Source of the DNA: the human T2T-CHM13v2.0 reference genome, Homo sapiens
DNA: 64,000 nucleotides
Reading direction: 5' to 3' (one strand)
Assembly: GCF_009914755.1 (NCBI RefSeq)
Contig: NC_060928.1
This document shows positions 1-13,620 of the stretch, piece by piece. A program made the translations under genes and the position numbers. The first letter of the stretch is position 1; each line of letters opens with the position of its first letter. The notes under the pieces are model-generated. The model was not told where the DNA came from. It saw only the letters and a program-made list of their open reading frames with translations, and searched no databases.

Positions 1-329
1 AACATATGGTGGCCTAATGAATCACTTGTATCGAGAATGGTGCGTCTGTCTAAACCAGTGGTTCAAGAGGGCATACTTGATTCACTTTGAGAGCTTTTAT
101 AAACTATGCAAGAACATTCTTCCCTTCCCTTGCACAATATTCTAGCCACCTTATGGTCAGAGTAATCACCAATTAGGTTAGAAAACAGACTGTAGATTCT
201 TCATTTGGCTTATTTATGTTTCCTATACTTGTACATGTCTTCTGATTTCTAAGACTTGGGTAACTTATTATTTTATTCTAATTTCTTTCCTATTTTTAAA
301 ATATGCATTAAATTGGTCTTTTGTGGATT

Positions 330-600
330 GATAGTACATACCACCTAAGAGTGTGGACTTTTACAATAGTAGTGAAAGGTAGATTAAAGTGTCCGCCCTG
401 TTTCTGTGTGAATTTTGTTAACCCCTGGTTTCTTTATGTATAAAATGGAGAGAGTAGGAATATCTTTCTCATAGGAATACTTTTAAGATTAAAAAACAAA
501 AAGAGATGATGCATATAAAATGCTAGGCAAAATATGCAACTCAAATGTATGGGCAGTGGCAAGCATTCAATAAGATATTAGGTATTATTGTTGTTATTAT
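330..600 (+). mobile_element. MIR SINE (degenerate)
   Basis: Core-like 'ggtttctttatgtataaaatggag...tctcatagga' and 3' end 'aagcattcaataagatattagg'; boundaries approximate. Confidence 0.6.
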
Positions 601-728
601 CATTAGCTTTTAGCTTGTGTTAATTCAAGAAGAGAGTTTGTTTTTTACGCTTTTGCTAATCACCTTTTATTATATCTTACATTCTATGTTGCTGCCCAAC
701 CCTGAAGGGACTTTAAATAATTCTCCAT

Positions 729-767
729 CTCCCAGCCTGGGTGACAGAGCGAGACTCTGTCTCTAAA

Positions 768-800
<33 letters not shown>
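729..800 (+). mobile_element. Extremely 5'-truncated Alu (about 35 nt) with (TAA)n tail
   Basis: cccagcctgggtgacagagcgagactctgtctc followed by (TAA)n; flanked by aataattctccat (716-728) and aataatgctccat (801-813). Confidence 0.85.
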
Positions 801-807
<7 letters not shown>

Positions 808-1071
808 CTCCATTTCTTTCAAGGGAAAGATTCACAACACCATCAGCCTCAATTGGAATTAGTTAACAACCAGGCCAGCTGCATGACAATGGACAATTTA
901 TCTCACATGACTCTTTCAATAAATATTTTTGAGTGCCTGGTCATTGAACTAGGTCCTATAAGATCCCTTTCCTGAAATGGTATCATTTGTTTAAGAATAT
1001 TTTACTATTTAAGTCTGGCCTTCTCTAATTATTTCATATTAGTATGTGTATCTGTATAAGAAACAGTGAGG

Positions 1072-1344
1072 GGCCGAGTGTGGTGGCTCATGCCTGTAAT
1101 CCCAGCACTTTGGGAGACTGAGGTGGGAGGATTGCTTGAGTCCAGGAGTTTGAGATCAGGCTGGGCAACATAGTGAGACCTCATCTCTACAAAAAAATTA
1201 GAAAATTAGCTGGGCATAATGGTGCATGTCTGTGGTCCCAGTTACTGAGAAGGCTTAGGTGGGAGGATGGCTTGAGCCGTAATTGTACCACTACACTCCA
1301 GCCTGAGCCACAGAGTGAGACTCTGTCTTAAAAAAAAGAAAAAA
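1072..1344 (+). mobile_element. AluJ with internal right-arm deletion
   Basis: Dimeric Alu with J-type 'gaggattgcttgagtccaggagt'; A-rich tail; about 25 nt missing after tgagcc at 1278. Confidence 0.9.
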
Positions 1345-1486
1345 TGAAACCAAAAATTAATGAACTGATCTCATTCGATCTCTGATAAGTCATAGCATGG
1401 AAGATTTCAGTGACAATTTACCTATTCAATAATGAATATTCCATACAAATGTTACTCTTATCCATCTTCCATGCCTTACTAAGAAT

Positions 1487-1676
1487 TAGAGTTACCAGCT
1501 AAAATGCAGGATGCCTAGTTAAATTTTAATTTCAGATAAAAATATAAATAATTTCTTAACATAGCTATGTCCCAAATATTGCAAGGGACATACTTCTGCA
1601 ACATCACTTGTTGTTTATTTGAAATTCAAATTTAGTTGCATGTGCTATGTTTTTATTTGCTAAATCTGAATTTCTG
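1487..1676. mobile_element. MER53 palindromic hAT-type MITE
   Basis: Central tatgtccc/gggacata inverted repeat; arms 'aatttcagataaa' and 'tttatttgaaatt'; end 'tttgctaaatctg'. Confidence 0.85.
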
Positions 1677-3115
1677 TTAATGCAAGCAGAAAGGAGACTT
1701 AAAAACTAAAATAATGGTAATGCATTTAGTCTGATTGCTGGATTTAGAGATTGCAAGGCCATGCTATTCTCTTTCATTAGTTTGTATACTATTTTTTAAA
1801 CAACATGATCAACCAGTTATTTGCCATGGTTGAAGAAAAGGCTGCCTGGGCTCGTTCACTTTGTGGTTAGAGGATACATACCTTAAATCTACAAATACAG
1901 GACAAGAATGTTGTTGGCTGTCATTCTACTCAGGCTTAAATGATGTAGTATCAAAGGCCCAATTCAAGTCCTGCTGTCTTTCCAGGGGCCCTAAACCCTG
2001 CCCTGCTTTCTCTTAGCTTCCTGAATCCTGTCTGTGTACAGTTCCTCCATTGATTTCTCAGGCTTCATCTGGAGTTCCACATGAGTAGTGATGACAGGGT
2101 CAGATTAACACATCATACACAGAAATAGCTCCATACATAGATTGGTGAGTAAAGGCTATAAGATCAGCATTTAACAGTGACTTTTACCATAATTTAGCCG
2201 TCAACTTCATTTCTGTGAGCTCAGACTTAATGGCCACGTAACATAAACCTCAATTTTAGAATAAATTAATTTTTTTCTGTGCCTGTTTCCATAAATGAGA
2301 AAACAGAACTCCCTTTCTCCATTCCATGGTACACAATTTTGGCTTTCATTCTGTGACTATACAGTCACCTTTACTGCCATGAAAGTATCTTTGCTTGGCC
2401 TTTGGTTCTGCCATGTAAACCAGCAGAAGGGCCAAGGTAAGTCATGGCAACTATGTACTGAGCTGGATAAAATGAAAGAAAATGAATCATCTGCTGTACT
2501 GTCAATTGGGAGAACTGATAAAGCAGAAAATAATGATGAACCAGGTGTGCCCTTCTCCAGACAATTAAGTGCATGTTTTCTCTTAAAATCACCTATCTGG
2601 AGAAAAGGCATAAACTGTTGCCAATTAAAGCAAGTCTTCTGGAAATGTCTACATTGTCTCCTGGAAAGAGGATGTAAATAAACACTCAGCAATGCATTTC
2701 CACAGGAAACAAGATTCATGCTGGCCTATCTCTTGGGCACAGCACCCAATGGTGGAAACAATAAATTTGAAGGATTAGGTGGCTGGATCTGTTTCTACAA
2801 AATAACATTTGCATTGAGGCCATATTATTATGAAAAATAAGGATAAAAAGTAATTGATTATCAAAATTTGAGGATCATAAAAGAGGAAAGACTGCTGTAT
2901 ACATATATATGAATCAGTTACTTTCTCAGAAAAATTGAAGAATGATTGCAATATAGTTAAAATGTGCATCATATTTTATAAATAATTTAATGCATAGCAA
3001 ACTCTAGAATAATATACATCCTTATACATATGAGAGACATATTATATAAACCAAATATACATATGACGCTTTGCCTAGATGTATGTGTATATTCAACAAT
3101 ACATTTTACTCTGAG

Positions 3116-3305
3116 AGAGGATTTGGCAAACCACAGCCCACAGGTTGGATGCTTGCTTTTTAAAATATAGATTTATTAGAACACAGCCATGCCCATTTGT
3201 TTATGTATGATTGATGGCACCTTTCCCGATATACAGCAGACTTGAATGGTTCCAAAAGAGACTCCAGGACCCAAAGAACCTAAAATGTTTACCTGGCCCT
3301 TTGTT
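3116..3305 (+). mobile_element. MER58A (hAT-Charlie MITE)
   Basis: 'ttattagaacacagccatgcccatttgtttatgtat...cctaaaatgtttacctggccctt' matches MER58A. Confidence 0.8.
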
Positions 3306-4024
3306 TTAAAAATTCTAAGACATGGTTATGGTAGCTATAAAAATCATGTCTGGTTTAATGATTTTATAACATGAAATTCGATTTAGTTATTCATTGTTGG
3401 CAGAGGAAGATGAAAGACTGCCAGCTACTAGGTAAGGATTTTAATGTGTATGGAGATAAATAGAAGAAACTTTCTTCTTTATATCTACTCCAACTTTCTT
3501 CTCCTCTTTATAATTCTGTGTATTTTTTCTTGCCTTATATTTCCCTTTCATTTTTATCTTATTATTCTATGTGTATCTTCACTTGTCATTTATGACCTTT
3601 CTCCGTTTTATCCGTTTTCCACATATATTTTTATAGTGGGAATTTTGGGGTCATGTGAAGCACAGGAACTTTTTGCCTGGAAGATCTATCCATCCATCTC
3701 CACATGAGCAGTATTGAAAACTTCCCACCTCCAATGAACTAAAAAAATGAACTGAGTCAGATAAATAGTCCTCTGCACAGTTTTCCTGACATTTGTTTTA
3801 ATGTTCTGCAGTAGAAAATCAGGAAGAATTCTGTTTGGTTCAGTGTACCTGTAACAAGCTTTGGCTTTGATCCAGGTAATTTTTCAGATACTGGTGTCTC
3901 AAAGACAAATAAAATAAGGTGTATATCCTTTGTTCTTCTCTCTTACACATCTTGTACTTTATTCTAAATGCTTAGGATAATTTGTACTTTGTGTGTGCAA
4001 TCGTGTGTGTTTGAATTGGATCTT

Positions 4025-4147
4025 GTACTAAACTATAACCTCCATGAAGACAGGGATGATGTTCATTTTGCTTACTCTTTTATTGTCAGTGCCTGCCATA
4101 ATTATAAGTCCTCTAAGAATATTTATTGAATTACTTTAATGAATGAT
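4025..4147 (+). mobile_element. L2 3' end
   Basis: 'ctataacctccatgaagacaggga...aatatttattgaatt...aatgaatga'. Confidence 0.7.
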
Positions 4148-4569
4148 GGAGAGGGCCACTAAAACATTTTAATAATTAGAATGAGAAGGTCATGTAAATC
4201 TTAGATAGATCATTCTGGTAGTATTTTGAAACTTAGGAGGATCAGACTACAGACTGTAAGTCAGTTCTTCTAGTTGATCTTTCTTGTGTAGCAGAAAAAA
4301 ATAAGATATTTCTGTAATTCCTCAATTTGGGGGTAGGAAGGGCATGAACCTAGAAATAAGTAGTTCTTTAACTCAGTCTGGTTTTTTGCCACACAATAGT
4401 TGCCACATTTCTCCACCCACTCAGGTGTGCCTCTTATTCCCCAATTACAGCTTTGAATCTATTACCCAGCCCAGCTTCAACAAGATGTACTTGAGCAGCT
4501 CTAATCTGCCTCTGAGCTTTACCCAAGTTAGGTAATCAGAGTTCTACATTATCCTAGGAGCTATGCCAT

Positions 4570-4910
4570 GATAGATGCTTTAGGCATCATGATAGGTTCT
4601 ATGGAGAAAATGATTAATAAGACAGATGCTGCCCTGCCACAGTCTAGAAAGGGAGAAAAATCGAAATACAAATGATGCTAATATTAGTATTGAGTGATAA
4701 GTGCAATAATAGAGTTATGTATCTGTTGTAAAGGTGGCAGAGAGGAAAGAATGTTTATGCCTGTGTTATGGATATTAAAAAGGCTTATAGAGGAGGAAGC
4801 ATTGGGTTTATGTTTTCAAAAGCAAACAGAATTTTTCAGGTTCAATAGTAGGTGATATGCAAACTGAAAGTAGATATTCAGGCAGAATAAATAAAAAAAG
4901 ACATGAAGGA
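4570..4910 (-). mobile_element. L2 fragment
   Basis: 'aataagacagatgctgccctgccacagtctag...gataagtgcaataatagag' is typical antisense L2 3' region. Confidence 0.6.
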
Positions 4911-5236
4911 ATTAAGTTTGCCATGCTTTTTAATAACGAGTCCACTGTATTTGTTCCTCTTCTCAGATCTTGATTCTTGTAACTTGCCAAAATTCCATTC
5001 TCTTCTTGGGCTCTGTTTTAATGTTGGGATTCTCTTTGTAGGAAAATGGGGTTCTTCTCCTGAATATCAATCCTGTTTCATAGTGGCCATTAGACTTCTC
5101 TGACATTGCCTGCCAGTCTTAGATCCTGATTCTAAAAGTCACCTGTCTGAAATCCGCCATTTCTGTGTCTACTTTTTTCTTGGATCCTATTGGTCTAAAG
5201 TGAGATGCTGTGGTTCTTGGATACTGAGCTTTGCCT

Positions 5237-5700
5237 CTGTCATAGATCAAGCTGTCTCTCAGAGATATAGCCTTAGTTAAAGATTCTGGCTCAAGTGATT
5301 TATACAGGAGTAACCCCAGGAAAAACAAGCAAGAGAGTGGAAGGAGAGAATAGAAAAGGAAAAAAGCTAAGCAATGGTGTGATTTCAGGTGTGGCTTCAG
5401 GCTCAGCCTGATCCTGTGGGGGAACTCTGGAGCATAAATTACATTTCAGGGTTTGTTTTACCTTGAGACAAAAGAGCTAAGATTTTTACCCTCATACCAA
5501 TCAGTCATTGGCTCCAGGCAGCCATGGTAGTTAGCGAGTGGGGGGCCTAAGCTACCAAGCACTTCCAAGTGAGATAACTGAAGTTTTTAAGGGTGGACAC
5601 TGGAAAGTCATAGGTTCTAGTTGTTAGCAGAATGGCAATCCAAAGATGAAGAATGCTGGTAAAGGGATGAGAAGGGCTAGGTACAGTGTCCACTGTGGAC
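5237..5700 (-). mobile_element. ERVL-class solo LTR (LTR41/LTR33 group)
   Basis: 'cagcctgatcctgtgggggaactctggagcataaatt...ccttgagacaaaag...tcagtcattggct'. Confidence 0.65.
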
Positions 5701-5859
5701 TCCCACAAAGTCTTCCCCAAGTTCATGCCTGTGATGCCTGGTGAGTGGGATGCTTCAGGTCTCCAAATGTCTCAGAATTTTCCTTCCTGACATAATTATC
5801 TGGACTCCTTTGTCTATGCCAAGTCTCCACATAAAATGCTTGCATTCCTGGAAAGCTAT

Positions 5860-6248
5860 TGTATAGTTTGCTATAAAGGAATGCCCGAGACTGGGTAATT
5901 TATAAAGAAAAGAGGTTTATTTGGCTCACAGTTTTGCAGGTTGTACAGAAAGCATGGCATCATTATCTGGTTCTAGTGCGGGCCTCAGGAAACTTAGAAT
6001 CATGGCAAAAGGTGAAGGGGAAGCAGGCATATCAGATGGTAAGTGAGGAAGCAAGAAAGAGAGGAGGAGGTGCCAAGCTCTTTGTAACAATCAAATCTCA
6101 TGGTTACTCATTACTATGGAGGGGGCACCAACGCATTCATGAGGGATTCACCCCATGACCCAAACACCTCCCGCCAGGTCCCACCTCCAACGTTGGGGAT
6201 AACATTTAAACATGAGACTGGGAGGGGACAAATATCCAAACTATATCA
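5860..6248 (-). mobile_element. MST (MSTA/B) MaLR solo LTR
   Basis: 'gagactgggtaatttataaagaaaagaggtttatttggctcacag' through 'caaactatatca'. Confidence 0.9.
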
Positions 6249-7806
6249 GAGATAGTTCCTTCAAGGACAGGGAGGAAACTGAGAATGTTCTTGCTACTTA
6301 GGGGACTAGTAAAATTTCAGATGATCAGAGAGCATTTGGTTCATTCCAAAACATCATTTCATACTGAAAACAGAATTTGAAACTTTCATATGCACAAAAG
6401 AAAGACAAGATTGATCTTCGGATTTGAAAAACGTAGGCTGCTTCCTGATCAGTATCCCAAGGCAGAATAAAGTATTTTCAGGATATTTTGCATTCAGATG
6501 TATTATGCTCCAAATTCAATTCTTTTGATTAGAAGATTTAGGCTTGCTATAATATAAAAGCAAGTGTAGGACATGGCTACACAGCTTGAATAATTTTTGC
6601 AACTTCAACGAGAATTTTTGAATACTTTAAACCATGATTCTTACTTGTACTATATGATTAGTAATTAGAAGTAATTTGGAAAAAAGCATGTGCCGTTTTC
6701 TCTATTATTCCTATGAGGATTATCATTATAGTGATTTTCATTCCTTTCTCTGAAATAAAATATTTTAAAAGCTCAAATTATAGGACTTATAAAAATGTAC
6801 ATTTGTACATTTCTTTTATGAGAAAGAGACAAATAATAATGATGTAATCATATGGTAAGAATTTGTTGAAATCAACAACTTTCAGGTCAAATTAGAGAGC
6901 TAGCATTGATATAACCCAGTATCTAGCATCACTTCCTACTCTTAAATTACAGTAATTGATATTTATAATTAGTAGTGTGGCATAGGTACTGTTGTGAACC
7001 AGATGGGTTAACTTGTACTTATTATCATTTAAATATATTCTATTTTTACTCTATTTTTTAGAAAATTGGTAATCTATGTACAATAATTCTTACCTAATGA
7101 GACTATTCAATTATCCATTTTGTGTCATTCTGGATAAATGGGCACTGGCTCTATCTTTGTTTCCGTCATACCATGTTTGTGGTGATGTCATACTCCAATT
7201 TTAAAGATAATTTTATTTATCACACCGGAATTGGCCAATGCCTGGAAAGGTTACATCTGTAAAGTAAACATAAAACACTGTGGAGCCAAGTGGAGCCCAA
7301 ATGATCTGTTTACATTTAAGATTGATTTTTTAAAACCTCATTTCCTTGTTTTGTTACAGATGGCAGTGGAAAAAACAATAGAATTTCTGAATGAAAAAAA
7401 TTCCTAGATTTCTATGTTGTAAAAGCAGGTCCTTGACATTCTTCCTGTTCATCTAGGGAGATGCTGGCATCCACTTTGTTATCTGGAGGTAGGCCTTGAT
7501 ACTTGGATGTTTCTTCAAACACAAGATGGTAGCAGGAAAAGGGAAATAATGTGTGGAATTGACACGGAGGGAAACTGTAGCAGGAGAAGAGAAAATTTTT
7601 TAGCTAAGATTATGCTATTCATACAGATTTGTGGGTATAGATTACTTTCCTCCATGTTATAATGTTGATAACTTGATGAAAATAGCAAATAAAAAGTAGC
7701 ATTATTCTTCTGTACCCAACAAATGTTTTTGACACTACTATAAGGACAATGTTGCTTTTTGACTTACCTTGTTCCATTTGAATAATAATTAAGAAAAACG
7801 TAGATG

Positions 7807-8121
<315 letters not shown>

Positions 8122-8864
8122 TTAATCAAACATTTTATTACTTATCTTGGTAAATTGGCAGGTTTAAGACCTTACGTTAGATAGTAGAGTATGAGCAAGT
8201 TGGTAGTCTTTTAAGAAACGTCTGTAAGATTTTATTTCACAATCTTTTCAGAATCATCATTCATAGTTGAGTTCATCAAGTGTCACTTAAATGGCCTGTA
8301 AATTAAAGAAACAATTCTTTAACATGTTCCTATTTAGAGGATGGATCCTCATTTGACCTTTTATATTAAAAGCTATAATAAGAAGAGGAATGATGACTTT
8401 TTCCAGCACTCCTGAACAATGTGTCAAGATATATCTGCACAGAATTTCACAAAACGTCAGGGGCATTGTCTCCCTTTGGTAAACTCTAAATGTGGCACAT
8501 AGAAGGTATTCTTTTAGCAGTTATTGTGGATATGAAGCTGGATATTGATTTAACAAAATATTTTCATATTAAAGAAATGTTTTATACATTCAAACACATG
8601 ATGTGTTCTAAAAAGTGTTCATTGATACCTAGAGAACAAGGATTTTAATTTAATTTCCCCATCAAATAATATGTCAAAGCAAGTTATCTATCTGGACTAG
8701 ACTTTACCTCCTTGTCACAGTGGTAGTAGCTTAAATTGTAAAAGATCTATTTTTAGTTATTGAAATATGGCCCCCCACAGAACCAGTCACTGATGGACTT
8801 TACTAGGTTTCTTCAGTATTTCCTAAGAGGCAATTACCCTGGAAATTATTCGTAGCACAACTGT

Positions 8865-9635
8865 TATATCCAACAGCCAACTCATCAGGAATTTTTGTTG
8901 GCTTGACCTGCAAAGTGTATCCAGAATTCGACAACTTTTTACCATTTCTGTCACCATCTTCCAGGACACCATCACATCTCACTTGGATTGTTGCCGTAGT
9001 CTTCTAACTGGTTTTCCTGCTTCTAAACTCACTCCTTCTAAGTTCATTGTCAACACAGCAGAAACAATAATTCTTTGAAAACATAAGTGAGATATCATTG
9101 CTCCTCTGTGTAAATGCTTGAGCCCTTATCACTCTGAATGGCAGCTAGAACCGTTACTGCAGCCTCACTGCTCTACATGGCCTGTTTTCCTCTCCCCATC
9201 ACCTCTTTGACTTGTTATCCCAGGAACTGCCCCTCTCTTGCCCTCCATTCCCTCTTCACTAGCCCACCGGCCTCCTCATTCTTCCTGCCTCGGAGCTGTT
9301 TCCTTGTCTGGAATTTTCTTCCTCCAGATGTCTGCTTGGCCCACTCTAACATTTCTTTCAACTCTTTCCTCAAATGTTCAAATGTCATATTCTCATTGAG
9401 GCTGTCTTTAGCTCTCTACCTCATCCTACTTCCCCACTGGGCACTCCCAGTTCCTTTAACCTGCTCTTTTTTTGTCCTCCCTGTAGCACTTATTTTTTTT
9501 TCTATCTCCTCCTTCCACCTCTACTAGATTGTGAGTTTCATGATGACAGAGATTTTGACCATTTTGTCCAATGACATACTGCCAGGGTCTAGCACAATAT
9601 AGATGCTCAAAAGATATTTGTTTAATAAGTGAATT
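8865..9635 (+). mobile_element. L2 (L2a-like) 3' portion
   Basis: 'caccatcacatctcacttgga...cttctaactgg' and 3' end 'ctagattgtgagtttcatgatgacagaga...gctcaaaagatatttgtt'. Confidence 0.85.
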
Positions 9636-9636
9636 A

Positions 9637-9959
<323 letters not shown>

Positions 9960-10853
9960 CTATTTTATGTCCGTGACGTAAAAGAGTGCATGGGGTCACC
10001 ATAACATGAACTACTACCTTCTGCTGAAATGTGCTGGTGTCTTTGAGAAAGCACCAATAAATAGCTCCTTCCTGCCTGGCCGAGGTTTAAACCAATTTAT
10101 AGACAAAACTAAGTTTCAGCAGGCAGAGCACAAAATATTAATATCACCTTAATACTGAAAGGACTGGTAGAAAGACATACTTATTTCTGTAAGCAAGTCA
10201 GTTATCTAATACTGAACCTCTGCCCCAAATAGATACATGTGTCTACAGAACAGCACTGACCGATGACATATCTTCCAACAAAAGCAGAATAGGCAGAGCA
10301 GAATTTCCCCTCCCAGGAATAGGAAAGAGAAAGAAACTGTGCTGTCCATGCATTTTTCACCTGCATATATTCACCACTCATTGTTTTGTTTCTTGGAGTT
10401 GGGGGAGGTGGAGCAATTGGGGCGGGATAGAGAAGTGTGTGATGAGGGCATGGGGAGAGGTCAGTGGTGTTACTCCAATAAACATCCCATCATATAGAAG
10501 AAAACATTAGACATGGAAGTGAAGTGATGTCCCCTAATAATATCTATATTTTTCCTCTTTTGAAATTTGTTCCTTTTGGTTAAAATTAGTATATCTCAGA
10601 TATTTAGAATGTTAATTTGCTGTCGGCAAACCCAGAGAGATGAAAAGTCAGTCCACGTGGTTGGTATGGAGAGAATTGCTGAAAATATAAAACTGAGACC
10701 TAACCTATCAGCAGTCAGGGAAGAGTTAGAGGAAGATTATGTTTTAAAATGGAGATCCTTCAGTGACTCCCCCATACTAATAATATTTCAAATATCTTCA
10801 AATCACAGGCCACTCTTTGGGTATTCCTCAAGGTAATGAGAGGCACATCATCA

Positions 10854-11375
<522 letters not shown>

Positions 11376-11639
11376 CTACCCATATGTTCCAGGGACAGGA
11401 TTAAATGCAGAGGATATAAAGATATCCTGTCCTCAAAAAACAGAAAGTTTAAAATGGGAGAGATAGAGCAGGTAGTTAAATAAGCAGGTCAATAAAATAC
11501 AATATAACATATAATGTGTCTTAGCCTGTACATGGAACTATGTTGACCCAGAAGAAAATACCTTAATTCAGGTTTAGGTTTCAGGAAGACTTATTGGAGA
11601 GGTGAGTTAAAGCAATAAAATAGAAATAGGAAAGGAAAA

Positions 11640-12171
11640 TGCAAGTGCATTGGAAGATAGAGTTGAGATGCTTACTCAGAATGTATCAGAGTGAGTGATG
11701 AAGAGACGAAAACATGGAATGGGAGAGTAAGGGATGGGTAAGATAGCATTGGAGTAAAAGGAGGAGAAAAGAGAAAAAAATTAAGGAAAGGTGATAGCTC
11801 AAATTTTTCCAGAATAAAATGACTAGAGTTCCTCAGACTTAAAAATCACAATGCTTTCTAATCAGCAAAACTAAATACAAATTACATGCATACATAAGGA
11901 TGAAACTTCAGAACAATTTAAAAAAGTGAAAATTGAAAAACCAAGTACAGAAGAAATAGGTTATCTACAAGGAATAATAACAGAATTCTCGCAGGCAACG
12001 ATACTGCTAGAAAACATTTGACTCTTATCTTCAAAGGAGAGTAGAAAAACAGCTTCCAGGCTAGCATTCTATTCCCATTGAAGTTATCATTCAAAAGGGA
12101 GAATAAAATACAGCCACTTCTAGACATATGAGGATTAAGTATTTATTATTCATGGACCCTTTAGGAAAGTA
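11640..12171 (+). mobile_element. Ancient L1M/HAL1 ORF1-derived fragment
   Basis: 'gatgaaacttcagaaca...caggctagcattctattcccattgaagttatcattcaaa' resembles the degenerate ORF1 C-terminal region. Confidence 0.6.
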
Positions 12172-12179
12172 CTCTAGAG

Positions 12180-12511
12180 CAGGGGTCCCCAACCCTGTGC
12201 CATAGACCCTGGCCTGTTAGGAACCAGGTGGCACAGCAGGAGGTGAGCGGCAGGCCAGTGAGCATTACCGCCTCAGCTCCGCCTCCTGTCAGATCAGCAG
12301 CTGCATTAGATTCTCATAGGGGTGCGAACCCTATTATGAACTGCACATGTGAGGGATCTAGGTTGCATGCTGCTTATGAGAATCTAATGCCTGATGATCT
12401 GAGGTGGACCTGTTTCACCCCCAAACCATACCATTTTACCCCCACCCCCATTAGTGAAAAAACTATCTTCCAAGAAACCAGTCTCTGGTGCCAAAAAGTT
12501 GGGGACTGCTG
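12180..12511 (+). mobile_element. MER1B (hAT-Charlie MITE)
   Basis: TIRs caggggtccccaac / gttggggactgctg; 8-bp TSD ctctagag / ctctaaag. Confidence 0.92.
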
Positions 12512-12569
12512 CTCTAAAGGATGAAATCCCACACAGAGAAAAGAATACGTGCACAAATCCACAGTAATC

Positions 12570-13270
12570 CAGCGAGCAGGGACAAGTGGGAGGCCTGGTG
12601 TGGCTAAAGGTCTGGGGGAAGGGAGAGATCAGCAGTGGCCTGTGACTCTGGCTGCTCTTGTCCTTTAGGGGAGATCTGGGCTTTCTCTGAAGGCTCAGAG
12701 TGATCAAAGGGTCTCAGCAGGGTGAGGACTTGTTTAGATTTATGCTGTAGTAAGATCACTGTGGCAGAGGGTAGAGAATATGTTGTTGCCAGTGAGGCCA
12801 GTTGGGAGTAATGGGTGTAATTTAATGAGAAATGATTAGGGCCTGGATGAAGGTGAGGCAGGGAGGAAAATGGTCAGATGCTGGAATTGTTAAGGCGGTA
12901 GGTCCTCAGGACTCAGTAAGTGATTCAGTGTGGCGAGAAAGAAAGAAGGCGTCAAGCAGGCAATTGTTTTACTAAGGCAGCTTCCATGGAGTCCAATTGC
13001 AGTGAGAGGAGCAATGGGAGATGAGAGTGGAAACACTGATAACCCTGTTAAGAATGATCTGTGAAGCAGCGGCAAGACTTAGAGTAATAGCCAGAGGAAG
13101 ATCAGAGGGAAGAAAGATATTAGGATGGAAGGCTTAATGAGCAAGTGGGGAAGACAAATAAGAGAAGCAAAAAATGAAGATATACAGAGAGGTTCAGAGA
13201 TACCTGATAGAACAAGGGCCTGGGCAGGTAAGAGGAAGTAGAGAGCCTTATATACAAGGAAACATAGAGA
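12570..13270 (-). mobile_element. L2 fragment
   Basis: 'agatttatgctgtagtaagatcactgtggcag...gagaaatgattagggcctgga'. Confidence 0.65.
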
Positions 13271-13279
13271 AAGATGCAG

Positions 13280-13620
13280 GCTGTGGTACGAATGCATCCC
13301 CCAAAGTTCACGTATTGGAAACTTAATCCCCAGTGCCACAGTGTTGAGAGCTGAGACTTTAAAGAGATGAATAGGTCACAAGGGTTCTGCCCTTATGAAT
13401 GTATTAATGCTGTTATCGTTGGAGTGGGTTATCACGAGAGTGGGTTCCTGATAAAAGGATGAGTTTGTCCTTTCCTACCTCCTCATAGCAAGAGGCCATC
13501 ACCAGATGCAAGCCCCTCGATGTTGGGCATTCCAGCCTCCTGTAAGAAATAAATTTCTCTTCTTTATAAATCACCCAGTCTTAGGTATTCTATTGTTGCA
13601 GCACAAAACGTAGTAAGATA
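13280..13620 (+). mobile_element. MST (MSTD/C-like) MaLR solo LTR
   Basis: 'ccccaaagttcacgtattggaaacttaatcccca...aataaatttctcttctttataaatcacccagtc'. Confidence 0.85.

Noticed and set aside
2430-2446. U1 snRNA pseudogene (ACTTACCT on the minus strand)
   Set aside because: Only the complement of a 5' splice-site motif; no further U1 similarity
2295-2719. Overlapping 128-aa (+) and 120-aa (-) ORFs in unique DNA
   Set aside because: No recognisable domain or homology and no promoter context; only the hairpin and splice signals were kept
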